Source: Massalongia carnosa
Taxonomy: Eukaryota
DNA: 64,000 nucleotides
Assembly (NCBI GenBank): GCA_965645245.1
Contig: OZ287078.1
Location: 992,001 to 1,056,000, forward strand
Direction of reading: 5' to 3'
A program made the position numbers and the translations under genes. How positions within the stretch are numbered: position 1 is the first letter of the stretch; each line of letters opens with the position of its first letter. Below, piece by piece: positions 9,676-21,475 of the stretch. The notes below the pieces were generated by a model. The model ran no database searches. It had not been told where the DNA came from and worked only from the letters and a program-made list of their open reading frames with translations.

Positions 9676-12325
9676 AGTTGAAATGAGAAGCGTCAATTTG
9701 GAGTACCAATCGAAAATACCAAACCAACTGGTAAACATGCAAAAGTACTACACCATAGTGTATCGAGGAAGCAGCAGCAAGGCAGATAGATGAGTAGCAA
9801 GCGATGGTGCTTAAAGACCAAAGACAACGACGACGACGATGATAACGACGACAGAAAAAATAACAACAACAACAACAGAGGTCGATGCAACAACGATGAC
9901 GAAATAAACGTTGTGGGTTTAGCAACAAGGCTGAAGATGTACAAGTACTCTTGTTTGGGAAATGATTAGCGAAGCATTTGTCCAGATCCAGTCTTGGCTT
10001 CCATTGGGGCATAAGTTAGGCATATTGTGATCGGTCTCGTTCAAAGCTTCAAATAACAGTCGAGAGACTGCAAAGTGCTCTCCCTACAATCGGTAGAGAG
10101 CTTGCCACAGAGTCAGAGAGTCTGCCAGAGAGTCAGCCGTGCTTTGGATTGACCTGAACATGGGAGCCGCATCATGACATGCTAATTACAGGGGTGATAG
10201 GTCAGATAATTACGTGAGTATTATCCTAAAACCTTCATCATTGATTGTCTTCAAACGTATCAAACAAAACGAGGAGATAAAAATTTTACAGTTATTATGT
10301 CCGTGTCGCACCCGGACGCTCTATATTTGGGAGTACTCTGCACTTCAGACTGTAGCTGTGCATCTATCAATTCGATTGATTTGCTATATACTTGTTTATT
10401 TTTTAGTCATATCACATCCGATCATGATTACCACAGCCATCCTACGGCAGAACAGGAGAGAAAGTCGAGGAAGAAATCAAATTCTGAATCCAGAACCAAT
10501 ACTCTATGACATCTCCCAAAAATCGGACCAACAAGGGACTCCAAAGAAATGAAACATGCTTCATCAATTGAAAAAAAGAGGTTGGCCGCTGGCAGACGAC
10601 ACCGAATTCAGCGCACACTTTGATCGGAGATATGGCAGCACCGTTCGTGTTAAGAGCCGAAATGTTAGGTGTTTGTCCTAGTGATCATCCTAACTATTAG
10701 CTAACTCAAATCAGAAATCCAACAAACTAGACTACTGAGCGAAGAAACGGTGTATGGAGTGAATAGATATTTCCCATGAATCACTTCTGGGGCGAGTCGA
10801 GAGGCAACGACGACTTGAGAGACAATGAGAACTTCGAAAATAGTGGCCATATACGCTAAGCGGTCAGACCCTCGTTGCCTAGCCCCAGTTAAACTGCCCT
10901 CAAGCAATGACTGCGCATAATCTTTCGAAGGCGAGGTAGCAATAACCCGATTGTGCACCAAACCTGGCTAAAAGGTGAATAACCGCGAGCCACGATGTTT
11001 TACATATCCAAGGTACCGGAATAGAGTTAGTAACAGCCAAGGCACCTAGAAGATACTCGAAGACATGGCTGTCGCGGCTATTAAATTTAATTTTCTTAAA
11101 AAGCCGGTTGTGCTCAGGATTCAGCCAAGATATCGGAGATATCAGAAAGTGAATGTTTAATCGATCTCGAGTACCGAAGGCTTATGTACAAAACATATTG
11201 AAAAGTTTCCAGTTATCTTAAAGGTACTCTGTACTCTGAACAGCCTATAGAGTATTGAGTACATATACAGACAAGGTGTCCACTGGTATTTTTCAACTAC
11301 TTAACGTTTCGAAGAGTACAAGTAAAATGGTTGAGTAAATAAGCGCCTAGGCTGCCTTGGAGTCTACTCTGTAACGTTAAGCTCCGTCATACATGGTGTT
11401 CTGACGTCAGTTTTGTTTCTTGATTCAGTGCTTAACCCGTATATTAGTAGTGTCGTGTCTCGTTGAAAGCCACCGGCTGCTTTTAATCCGAAATGTTGTC
11501 CCGGAATGAATCTTCTATTCTTGAGGATTTCCCGCATGCATTCTAGTGAAAATCGACTTCACGAAATGCCTCATATTCATAGGCTACCAGCCCTTGTCAG
11601 AGAGCGCGTGGTCGGTGATGTGAGACATCGTCAGTGTTGGGAAGAAGCATCCATCTGTTGGAAATAGCGCATGGTGCAGAAGCCCCCCCTGACCTAAATT
11701 TTGGAGCCGATCGGACCTGCATGAAGGTGAAACCGACAAGTCGCAAAAAAGCAAAGTTGCAGAAATAGGGAGAATCCCAGGCCCCCTGGATTATCATTTG
11801 CCTACCCCGATTGATGATTGGTGTAACAACGGCTTGGGATTCCAACGATTCGCCGCTAACCATTCGTACAAGCAATGGCAGCGAATCCGCTCAATCCATT
11901 TCTCTCTGCTGACTAAACGATCCCTAGTTGAGGCTTCGGCTCTCATGGCTTAGCTGATCCCGGGTTTTGAGGCGAACGCGATCGAATGTAGCCCTGGCAC
12001 GTCGGTATCCAATGACCGAACAAACCAAGCCAAATCAACCGTGTCTAGACGCATACAGTCAATTCTGCGCAGATCATGCTGTCTTCTCTGTCGAGGTTTC
12101 AAACCATATTCCAACACCTAACTTTCGCGCCCTCACTCACCACGGCACATGCTGCTTCAGGTGCCAACCTACGTTCTAACGATCGCAAGAATTGAGCGGA
12201 ATATTAATGTTGGGAACCTAGACCGAAGCCCACCCCGAGGGGATTAGACGCTGGTTAGCTAGCAATTTTGGGCTTAATCGTAGTAAGCCTCGTCTAAATG
12301 ATCTTCAACATCATCACGGTCACCT

Positions 12326-12952
12326 TTAGCGGGCGAGAGCTGAAACTATCATAGTTGTAGATAACCATGTGGCGTTGCATTCCCCCAACTCATCAGTCCA
12401 AGGAGTAGCCCGGCCCGCAGCACTAACACAAGCAATCAAAGGCAAGACTTCAGACTTGGAAGACGCAAAAGACTTGAAGAGCGCCGTCTTGAAACGGTTA
12501 ATACGCGAGCGTCGAGCACATCCTGCTTTGCCCAGCAGCACTGCTGATTGGATCTTACATGATGAACGCTGTCCCATGACAGGTAAGCTACCAATAGCGT
12601 TGTGACTTCTCTGAATGCTGCTATAATCGCTACTATCTCTTTGCTTTCCCTTTCCGTCCCCATGATGTAGGTCCTGTGAAGCGTTGACGTGGGAATCCAG
12701 GCATCGAAGAAGCAAGATTGATAGTTGGTGATAAGTTCAGCCATTAAGACTAAATCATCCATCGAGTCTGTTCTATGAACAGAAAGGATTAGGTGCATGA
12801 TTTGTTACGGTACCTTACCTTACCGTTGGCTCGACCACCTAACGAAATGATCCACAAGTCCCAGCTTGTATCAACAAGGTATTGTAAGGTACCTCTACCT
12901 GGTAGCCTACAGAGTCTTCCTCTTCCAGTCCGCGTCTCACCTAGGTATCCAT
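12326..12952 (-). pseudogene. Cryptic four-exon orphan gene or pseudogene (~150 codons)
   Basis: Three GT..AG introns (12910-12865, 12823-12773, 12558-12488) with compatible phases join two ORF-track fragments. The ATG at 12952 is followed by TAG at codon 4. Confidence 0.35.
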
Positions 12953-12975
12953 AGTACTCTGTACTTTGTATCGAT

Positions 12976-13039
12976 TACACCAGTACACCGGTACACCAGT
13001 ACACGGTTCCATTGTTACACGATTACCCGACTACACGAT
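12976..13039. repeat. Degenerate 8-bp tandem repeat x 8
   Basis: TACACCAG TACACCGG TACACCAG TACACGGT TCCATTGT TACACGAT TACCCGAC TACACGAT. Confidence 0.75.
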
Positions 13040-14608
13040 ACATTTCACAACGAGGAGTACGGAGCCGGGTATCTTGTTATCTAGATATCCAGCTCGTGAT
13101 GTATTGAGGTATTGATATGGATATTTATAATCTATACGAATTATGAGTTACGAATTACGAGTCAGATTACGTGCGCTAGGACGGAACGCCCCCTCACTCG
13201 CTAACTTAACTTCTTTCCCCCAAAAATCCCTTCAACCCAAACGAGATAGTTTGAAAACCTATTTGACTACACTTAACTTTACTCATTTTTTTTTACTTTA
13301 CCCGTACTTCACATGTTTCTTCACACAGAATCCGCCATGGCGATATTGTGGCCATCACTGTCATCCTCCAATCTAATTTCTATTCTCATTCCCATTCCCA
13401 TTCCCATTCACATTATTTTGGTCTCCTTGCCTTCTTTATCTGCAACTAGGGCAAAATGGTTAAGAGTACATATTGCTCCTGCATTAAACAATCTGCATCT
13501 TAACTTCACGCGTTTACTCGCCCTTTCATTGTCTTGCGCTTCCACTAGTTCACGCCGCACATTGATGTCAAACAACCGCCCATTTGCAGGACGTGGTACC
13601 TACATTAGCTCCACCGCAAAGCACTCCCAGCCGACTCAAACGCGATTTGCAGGAGATACGAATTAAAGACAGGCGCATACTGTCAGAGTCAAGCAAAACC
13701 AATTGGATGCGCTGGATTCGGACCGCGCTTTCTTTTCTCTCACTTTAATTGAGCCGAGTCTTTCAACATTATTCTCATAGCGGCACGCCTTTTTCCAACC
13801 TTATTCAGCAGTACATTGATCGAAGAAAATTTTCATGCCCAGGCTGACAGAGAAAACAGTATTTTATAACCGATTGGTCGAGCGAGACTACATTTGAAGG
13901 TGCACCCGGAGCTTGTCAGCGTTCTAATCCCGTCAGCAGTAGTACCTCACGAGACGACCATTTTCCGCCTTGGCTCCACCGTCATAAACTTTTGATCTTC
14001 TTGGAGCGAGCTTATAAAGCTTGCCTCACATTGAAACGATCGCAGCGCATAAAAGCACGACATCTAAGGCCTGAACTGGTTGCATGCGACAATCCTCTTT
14101 TCATCTGACCAAATTATCATTGATACCTCGATGGAATAACTTTAGCAGCTTTCGGTCAGGCCATTCATACTTCATTTATCCTACTAGGGTCTATCTTAGA
14201 AGAAGCTACTTCACAAAATCCCACCGCAGAGAACAATATCGACAGAGGCCGAGAGGTGGATCGTTGCAGTCTAAGGCTAATGAGATTCTTTAAGCTTACA
14301 GCAGTATCTCACCTTTCTACGTTGAAGGTGAGCACGCCCTCAAGTATGAAATAGCTTCTTTACCGTTGCCGGCTTCCTGACCTTAACCCTACAGTTTTCA
14401 TTTCTCGAACGGATTCCTTGCGTCATCAGAAGCTTTTCGCTAAGGAGTGCTGCGGGGGAGTCCGTAGAGCCTTAAGTCCATCCAAGCTCACTCCCGTATA
14501 GCCGAAAACCTGGCATTCTACGCAACACCGCCCACCTCGCCTGCGGCGCATCGAAATTTGGCCTTCGATTCGCCGTTGGGAGGGTACCAAACTGGCCTGT
14601 CTGGTGGC

Positions 14609-15894
14609 ATGGAAGGTGACGAACACCAAAGAAGGCAATATGAACAGCCGAATTACCCCCGAGGGTTTATTCCCGACCTTAGAAGTGCATCAGGCAGCAA
14701 CGTTCCCGATGCCATGGATCCAAGGGCAGGACCGGGAGCCAACATGTCGGAAAGACCCCGACAATCGCAGCTTACAGCAACGCGAAATCCAACGGTGGGG
14801 TCGATCAATCCCAGCGCTACCCCACCGGATCTAGGAGGCTATGGCTACCCTCAAGGGCAGCAATATGCAACACCACAGATTCAGGGAAATTCGCTGCCCT
14901 ACGCCCCCGATTACTCTCAAGATGCGCAAAGGCAGCAGCCATTCCCACAATACACGTCGCAGATGATGTATAATGTGTCTCCGCAAACACAACAAGTTCC
15001 CTATGACACGGTGGCACAATACCAGCCGCGGCAGACTGCAGCTGTCGAAGTGTTGTCAACGCAATTCGGCGTTCCACAATACTACACTCCAGGGGATACG
15101 TCCAGCGCACCTGCCTCAATTGCGCAACAATATGCGCCAACTCAGTTTCAGCAGCCATTGCAATATCAAACTCCTGTAACCATTCCACAGGCTACAATAT
15201 CCTCAACTTATACACCAGCCATGGCAGGTTTCGCTCAATCTAACGATCCTAACGTGCTTGAGCCAGGAGACCCCGATACATCAACTTATGATCGATTACA
15301 TGGCGAATATCAAGCGGCTCTTAAGCGGACTTTCGAGAATACCCACGCTGGTAGATTGACTGAAGCAGGTCGTTCCCTACTTGAAATATCCGAATGGTTA
15401 GTGGGGCATGCACAAGAGCTTGGTAAGTCAAGTATTTTAAATCATCCGAGTATGTAGCTAACTATTTACAGGTCTTTTCCATGATGACCAGACACTGCAC
15501 GAAGGACGCATCAAATTATGGGATGAGTTCAATACCTGCTGGCTCGCGGTCCTACAGCATCAGAAAGAAGGAACTCAGCACCTGATAGACACAGGCCGAT
15601 CCCCAGTCCCACCGGAAAATCTAATTGAGGAGGACTTTTTAGAGCAAATGGGCAATGAGGTAATTCGCCTGTGCGATATCATGGAAAGACATGGCCTTGT
15701 TGACTACCAAATGGGCGTTTGGGAAGAGGAGATTATTAGCGGTAGGTTTCCAATACACAGTTTATGTGATAGGATGCTCATACTTTATAGTGTTGACGCA
15801 GTGTCTTGACTTACTCGGGGTCGATGACGATACCCCTGAACCCGAAATGGGCGATGAGCCAAGCGCTCCTCCCCAAACTTCCCGTCGTCGTTAA
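14609..15894 (+). CDS. Hypothetical protein with a Q/Y/P-rich N-terminus and a helical C-terminal domain
   Basis: Exons 14609-15422, 15472-15741 and 15791-15894. C-terminal block AGRSLLEISEWLVGHAQELGL..RIKLWDEFNTCWLAVLQ..LCDIMERHGLVDYQMGVWEEEII looks like a conserved ascomycete protein. Confidence 0.85.
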
Positions 15895-17067
15895 CCATTC
15901 ACAACACTTTCTCGTCACTCTATTTAAATTTTTACCCTCTGCTTGCAGCCCTCCTGGAGCGACTCATCCATTGCCCTTTATCTCTCTCGCAAATCTCACC
16001 ATGAATCTCCATGCGTATTTTCATTTGTAATTTAAGGAACAAAACCGGTATACCCAATCCCGTTCTATGCAAAAATTCGAGGGATAGACAGAGCAGAGGC
16101 GTCGCCGCCAGTAGCAAAGGTGTTGGGGTTTTCGTGTATATTATTTCTTTGTGTTAGGTTAGCTATGCAAAAATACCCTTGGGAGGATACCGTGATTTCC
16201 GGTTTAGTTTTCTTTTCCCGGCACTTCTGTAGATAATTATTGTGGTTTGGGTTTTGGAGTGGTCCACTGGGTAGCTTGAAAGGGCTTGGAAGGGGCGGGG
16301 ATGGAGGTATTCTCTTCCCATTGCAAGTGTTTTTACTTTTTACTTTGTAACATTTCAATGGTTTGGATCCCCGGGTTCTGGCACCAAAGGTTCATTCGGT
16401 GGAGACGGAAGGGGAAGAGCAATGGAAAAGGGGGTGTTCCTACGAAATGTGAGCATGTACGTACACAGACGTCGGGTCCCCCATCACCGCGAAGGTAAAC
16501 AGATACTTTCGATGCTGGTGGCAATGAGAAACGCCAAAAAGGTAGATCGACAGATCGACAGACGTTGGAAAAGGAATACGGCAATCCCTCTCTCCCCTTC
16601 CCCCCCTGGGTCATTTGTCCTTTACGTTTGTGATGATGCATATGGCCAACCATATACAAGCAAATCCCATGCCTTTCCTATGACTACCTACCTATCTAAC
16701 CTCTTTCTGGAATTATGTTATACTTTGCTACCGGTGTGATTACGCAGAGTACCTCTTTGTGTCGTACAGAGTACGGGATCCGAGGTACAGGGTACAGGGT
16801 AGGGGAGGAAGAAAGAAATATGCAGAAGCAAGCACGCACACACGCAGAGTACGCAAAGCACGTGAATACCATGCAATCTGATTGATTGATCGAGCTGATC
16901 GAATTGGTCGAGTGGCTTGACTCGATATACATACATGTATTTGCCTTTTTGAAGAATTTTCTACAAAGGGAAAGTATAAGATAGAATAGAGTTTGTTGGC
17001 GTGGGAGTTAGAGTGCCGCAGCGCCTACATGCCGGGTAGAACGAGGTTGAAAGTCCAGGATAGCGAA

Positions 17068-17135
17068 GTCGCCCAGAAGTGCTCGATTTTTTTATACACT
17101 CATCCGAAGGAAAAAACCGAGCACTTCTGGGCGAC
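17068..17135. repeat. Perfect 18-bp inverted repeat (hairpin)
   Basis: GTCGCCCAGAAGTGCTCG (17068-17085) pairs with CGAGCACTTCTGGGCGAC (17118-17135); a T6/A6 pairing extends the stem after one mismatch; 18-nt loop. Confidence 0.92.
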
Positions 17136-19925
17136 ACTAGTAGAGAAAAAAAAGGAAAGGGAAAGAAATAGCAGTGCGGGCGGATAGGGTTTAAGGCTGA
17201 GAACGAAATTAAAATAAAAAAGAGGGAGAAAATTAGGTGAAAATGCGAGCGGATGAATGGGTGGACATAAGGCGTGGGGGGTTAATGGTACAGGGATGGA
17301 ATAGGCAGGGAGGGAAAGGTGGCGTAGGGGCGTAAGTAGACGCGTAGATATGATCCATAGATGGTGAAGACATAGGGAGGGTTCAGAGGTGGAGTCGATA
17401 AGATTGGTAGGCAGGTTGGCAGGCGGGAAGGAAGACGGGCAAAAATTCGAGCTGGCGGGGCGGGGTGGGTCGGGTCGATTTAGGGTTGGAGGGTTCGGGT
17501 TCAGGGGTGGAATTAGATAGAATCTGGAGTAGGGACGGGGGGGGAAGGGGAAGAGAGGTAGACGGTTGGCAAGGTGGTACAGAGCACGGAACAAAAACTT
17601 TAGGCTTCCCTATTCAGCTGGCGTTGCATGTATGTGAACAGGTAAAGGTGGGTTGAGGGAGCAGAAGATAGGGTTTTAGGGGCTGCGGAGTGGGGGTCCA
17701 AAGAGGAGGGGTTCAGGGGTGAAGCAGGAAGGTTGGGAGGCAGGAAGGAGTGGCGTAGGTAGGGTTGATAGATTAGAGAAATGTGAACGGGCGGGTGGAT
17801 TTAGGGTTGGGGGTGGGAGCAAGAAAGGGTGGGATGTAGAAAGGGGCAGGCGGGGTAGGTTGAGTTAGGGTTTATGATGTAAGCGTTTAGGATGAATAGG
17901 TAAAGGAGAGAGATGGGAGCAGAAAGAATTTGAGAGGAAGCCGTGCGGGAATGCGGGCAGGCTGGTGGATAGGTTTAGGGTTTTTGAGGAAATAGGCGGT
18001 TAGGGAGGAAGGATACAGGGATTCTGTAGATAAGGTTGGGGGGTCAGAGGTGAAGTAGGTAAAGGGGGGAGAGAGGAGAGGAGGAAAGTAGGTAGGGTTC
18101 AAGGGTGGAAGGAGGCAAGGTTGGGGGAGCATGGAGATAGATGGAATATGGTAGGTAGGATAGGCAAGCATGGTAAGTAAAGGTGGGTATTGTTTTTAAA
18201 TAATAATAAAAATCCTATAGATACAGAATATGTGCATGTATGTATGTATGGATGAATGTATGGATGTGCCTATGTACGTATTGATTGTATGTAAAGAAAA
18301 GTAAGATTACCCACCCACGCAGGTGTTTTTGTACGCGGTCGTAGGTGTATTTCGTAGATAGGTACGTAGATACCCAGACAAACATGTAAGATCAGTTCAA
18401 GAGATAGATGTTGAGGGGGGGGGAGATACTTTGTACAACTTATCTGGGTAGGTAGGTAGGTAGGTATCTATTTATGCTAGTTAGCTGGGAAGAAAGGAAG
18501 GAAGGGAGGAAAAGAGGGAAGGGGGGAATAAAGGGGGAGAGGGAGGCAGGGAGGGAGAGAGAAGGAGGGGGGGGGAAGGGGGAGAGTGAGAAGGAGTGTA
18601 AGATCCAAGATCCAAGATTTTATATTATAGGAAACCATATCCCCTCGAACAATATACCTCATGACATCTTTTCATCTCTCCCCCTTCCTCTCCCACCCTC
18701 CACTAATTTCTCCACTTCCTCCTGCAAACATAGACAAAAACCCGTGCATAGATAGACAGGCAAAGAGACATACAAATAAATAGATAATCAAACGTACAGC
18801 GGCGACGGCGGGTTTCCATGCTCCTTGCCCTGCGTTCTGCGTTCTGCGTTCTGAGTGTTAGTAGGTCCTTGGCTTATAGGTCTGGGATCGAGGTTTAGGG
18901 TTTGGAGTAAGGTTTGAGGATGGACGGGATGGATGGGAAATGAAGGTAGATAGACAAATGAGGTGTGAGAGATGAATCGAATGAGCAAAGGGGGTAGATG
19001 GATGAATAAAAGGGCGGATAAAGGTGTGTTTGTAAGCTACAAGAAGAGAGTACTATAGGAAGATAAATCACAGAAGAAAGCCGTTAGAAAGCCCACAAGA
19101 AAAAATCCAAAGATTAATACCAAGAAAATGCGACAAGAAAGAAACTCGAGGTCTGACACCACCTCTCATCCCCATCTCCTCATCCCATCACCTCTCATCT
19201 CCCCTTCCTATAGCGGATACATACTTGCATATATTTACCTACCTACCCAATATGCATGTGATGTCTGAAGAGCCTAAACCAACGCGTCGTCGGCGCTTCC
19301 ATACGCAGAAGAGAAGAGAAAAGAAGAGATGTGATGGCGTTACTGGAGTGAAGTGCAGGGTAGTGCAGAAACTGGAACGCCGTAAGGGGGAAGGGGAGTT
19401 GTGCATATATATGGGTACATACATAAGTTACGCAGCTAATCCACTACCAATTTCCTGTACATATAAGGAGACAAGTCGAAAAGTGTATCGGCTCGAATGG
19501 GCTGTTCTGTAAGGCGACATGAAACGTAATGAAAATACCGAAAATGTGGTGGTAGGGAGTGAATTTTTGGAAAGATTGAAGGGACACAACACAGAAGCAA
19601 TCAGATCATGCACGTGTGAGAGTGAGAATTAGATAAAATAAGAGATATCTCCGCTCGTTTGGCATGATTAGATAAGTATAAACTTAGATAGATTCTGCTC
19701 TTCTTGCCCCCTTTCGAAATACCTACTATGGAACGCCATATGCCTACCCACCTCACCTACCCTACTCAGAGACCTTTTCAAGGAGCCCAAGGTTATCTAC
19801 CCGTCAAAGAAGGAAAAGGGGAATAAGGGCGTCTTTAAGTAATATGGAAGCAAGATTCGAAGTTTGAGATGGATAGTGAAGTTGAAGGATTATGGAAAAT
19901 ACTCGGGGCCTTATGGGTATCGTGA

Positions 19926-20881
19926 TCAGAACTGATCTGTGAGTGACTGTTAATGATGGCTTCTGCATAATGTTTCTTGCTGCGACACGGCGGTAATGCT
20001 GGTCTTGAGGAAACAGACAGAATGCGCAACGAAGACGTACCCAAGGTCATGCTCATTGAAACGTCAGTGTTCTCCACCATTTTCGTGAATTCTTCGAAAC
20101 TGATCTTTCCATCACGGTCCAGGTCTGCCTCCATGATTGTCTTATCGACAATCTACTCCATGTGGAGCGTCAGCTTATATACTTTGCTCAACTTCTTCGT
20201 TTGCACTAGAACTAGCTGTTCGCTTTAATTAACCACTCACCTGCTGCAACTGCTGATCCTTCAAATTACTTCCCACCATCATCTTCAGAACGATGAACAG
20301 CTCCCCGTTGCTAATGTACCCATCGCGATCAATATCGTAGACTTTAAAGGCGAACTGAAGCTTTTCCTCCTTCTTGCCCTTAGAGCTGAAGGCGCTGAGG
20401 CCGGAGACGAACTCTTGAAAATCAACGTCACCGCCACCGTCTTCGTCGAAGATGGCTATCATGCTGTGGATGGAGCAAAGCAGTTATTAGAATTCGCGAT
20501 ACTAGGGGCATAGACGGCTAAGAGCAGGAATGTCAGGAGTACCGAGTAGCTAGAGGGTTTGAGGAGACTTGTGGAAGGGAAAGGAACTCATCGCGTTCTA
20601 TCGTGCCGGAATTATCCTTAATACAAAAGTAAGCCCAATATCGCCTGAGGTAGCATAAATGACTTGAGTACTTTATCCAGCTTCATAAAGCGCTTTCGTA
20701 ATCTATCAACCTCATCACGGTCGACTGGCGCACAGACCGAGCGTCAGCATACTTGTACTAAGAATCAAGATATCCTGCTCTCACAGTTCGATCCTTCTAT
20801 GATACTGTCAAGCATTTGACTGCTAGAGCCTACTATCCTCCTTCGCGCATCATAGAGCGCTGCATCGTTTGCGGACGCCAC
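19926..20881 (-). CDS. CNB1: Calcineurin regulatory subunit B (EF-hand protein); start uncertain (GTG at 20881 or ATG at 20815)
   Basis: Spliced product contains [74 protein letters not shown]...[15 protein letters not shown]...[14 protein letters not shown]...MTLDQF*. Confidence 0.96.
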
Positions 20882-21475
20882 CTTTGCGATGTTGTCTGGG
20901 GTGATTTTTTTCAAGTTCGGGATTACTTATTGAGGGGAATTGGAGATGAGTGAATGCTGAATCACTTTGATCAGAATGCTATGGGGCCAAGTTTGCGTAG
21001 TGAATGACCCGTTGGTTGACGGTGTCTTTAATCATACAGAAAACAGCAATGACAAGGAGAAGGAATAGGTTGGTGTATGTCTGTAGTCACACTACTGGTA
21101 GGTTTTGGGATTTTGAGATTGGCATTTTTAGGTTGATATCTTTGCTCGCTACGCTTAACCTTAAGCCCCCTCGCCGCCCCTTTCCCCTTTTGGACATATC
21201 GACCTTTTTAAGCTCGGGCCCCAGGGCCTCCCATGTTCCGTCATGCCTGGCAGCGAAAAAATGCAACCAAACGCTCGAAAACACCTGCCTTGCAAAATTA
21301 GACACAATTACCCCCCCCAAATTTTGAACGTCACCTCATCAGTTCGATCAACATTTCAACCATAAAACCACTAAAAATTGAATCTACAACCACAAAATTA
21401 ATTCGCTCGTGTCGCATGCCTTGCTCTTTCGAATGGTGCAAATTTTTACGCTTCCGCTGAAAAAAAGTCGCTCAT

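Noticed and set aside
12244..12297. Small nested inverted repeat (TTAGACG...GGCTTA..TAAGCC..CGTCTAA)
   Set aside because: Stems of 6-7 bp are within chance expectation.
9740..12300. Transposon remnant in the long intergenic gap
   Set aside because: No transposase/RT motifs, LTRs or terminal inverted repeats recognised.
16990..17160. tRNA gene with an intron around the hairpin
   Set aside because: No acceptor stem, A-box or GTTCRA B-box in a valid arrangement on either strand.
16000..19800. Telomerase RNA candidate
   Set aside because: Only partial AACCCTAA matches; I found no full TAACCCTAA template or recognisable pseudoknot/CR4-5 element.
19835..20134. Extended calcineurin B C-terminus in the ORF track
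   Set aside because: Read-through of the last intron; the spliced form ends with the canonical LDQF* at 19926.
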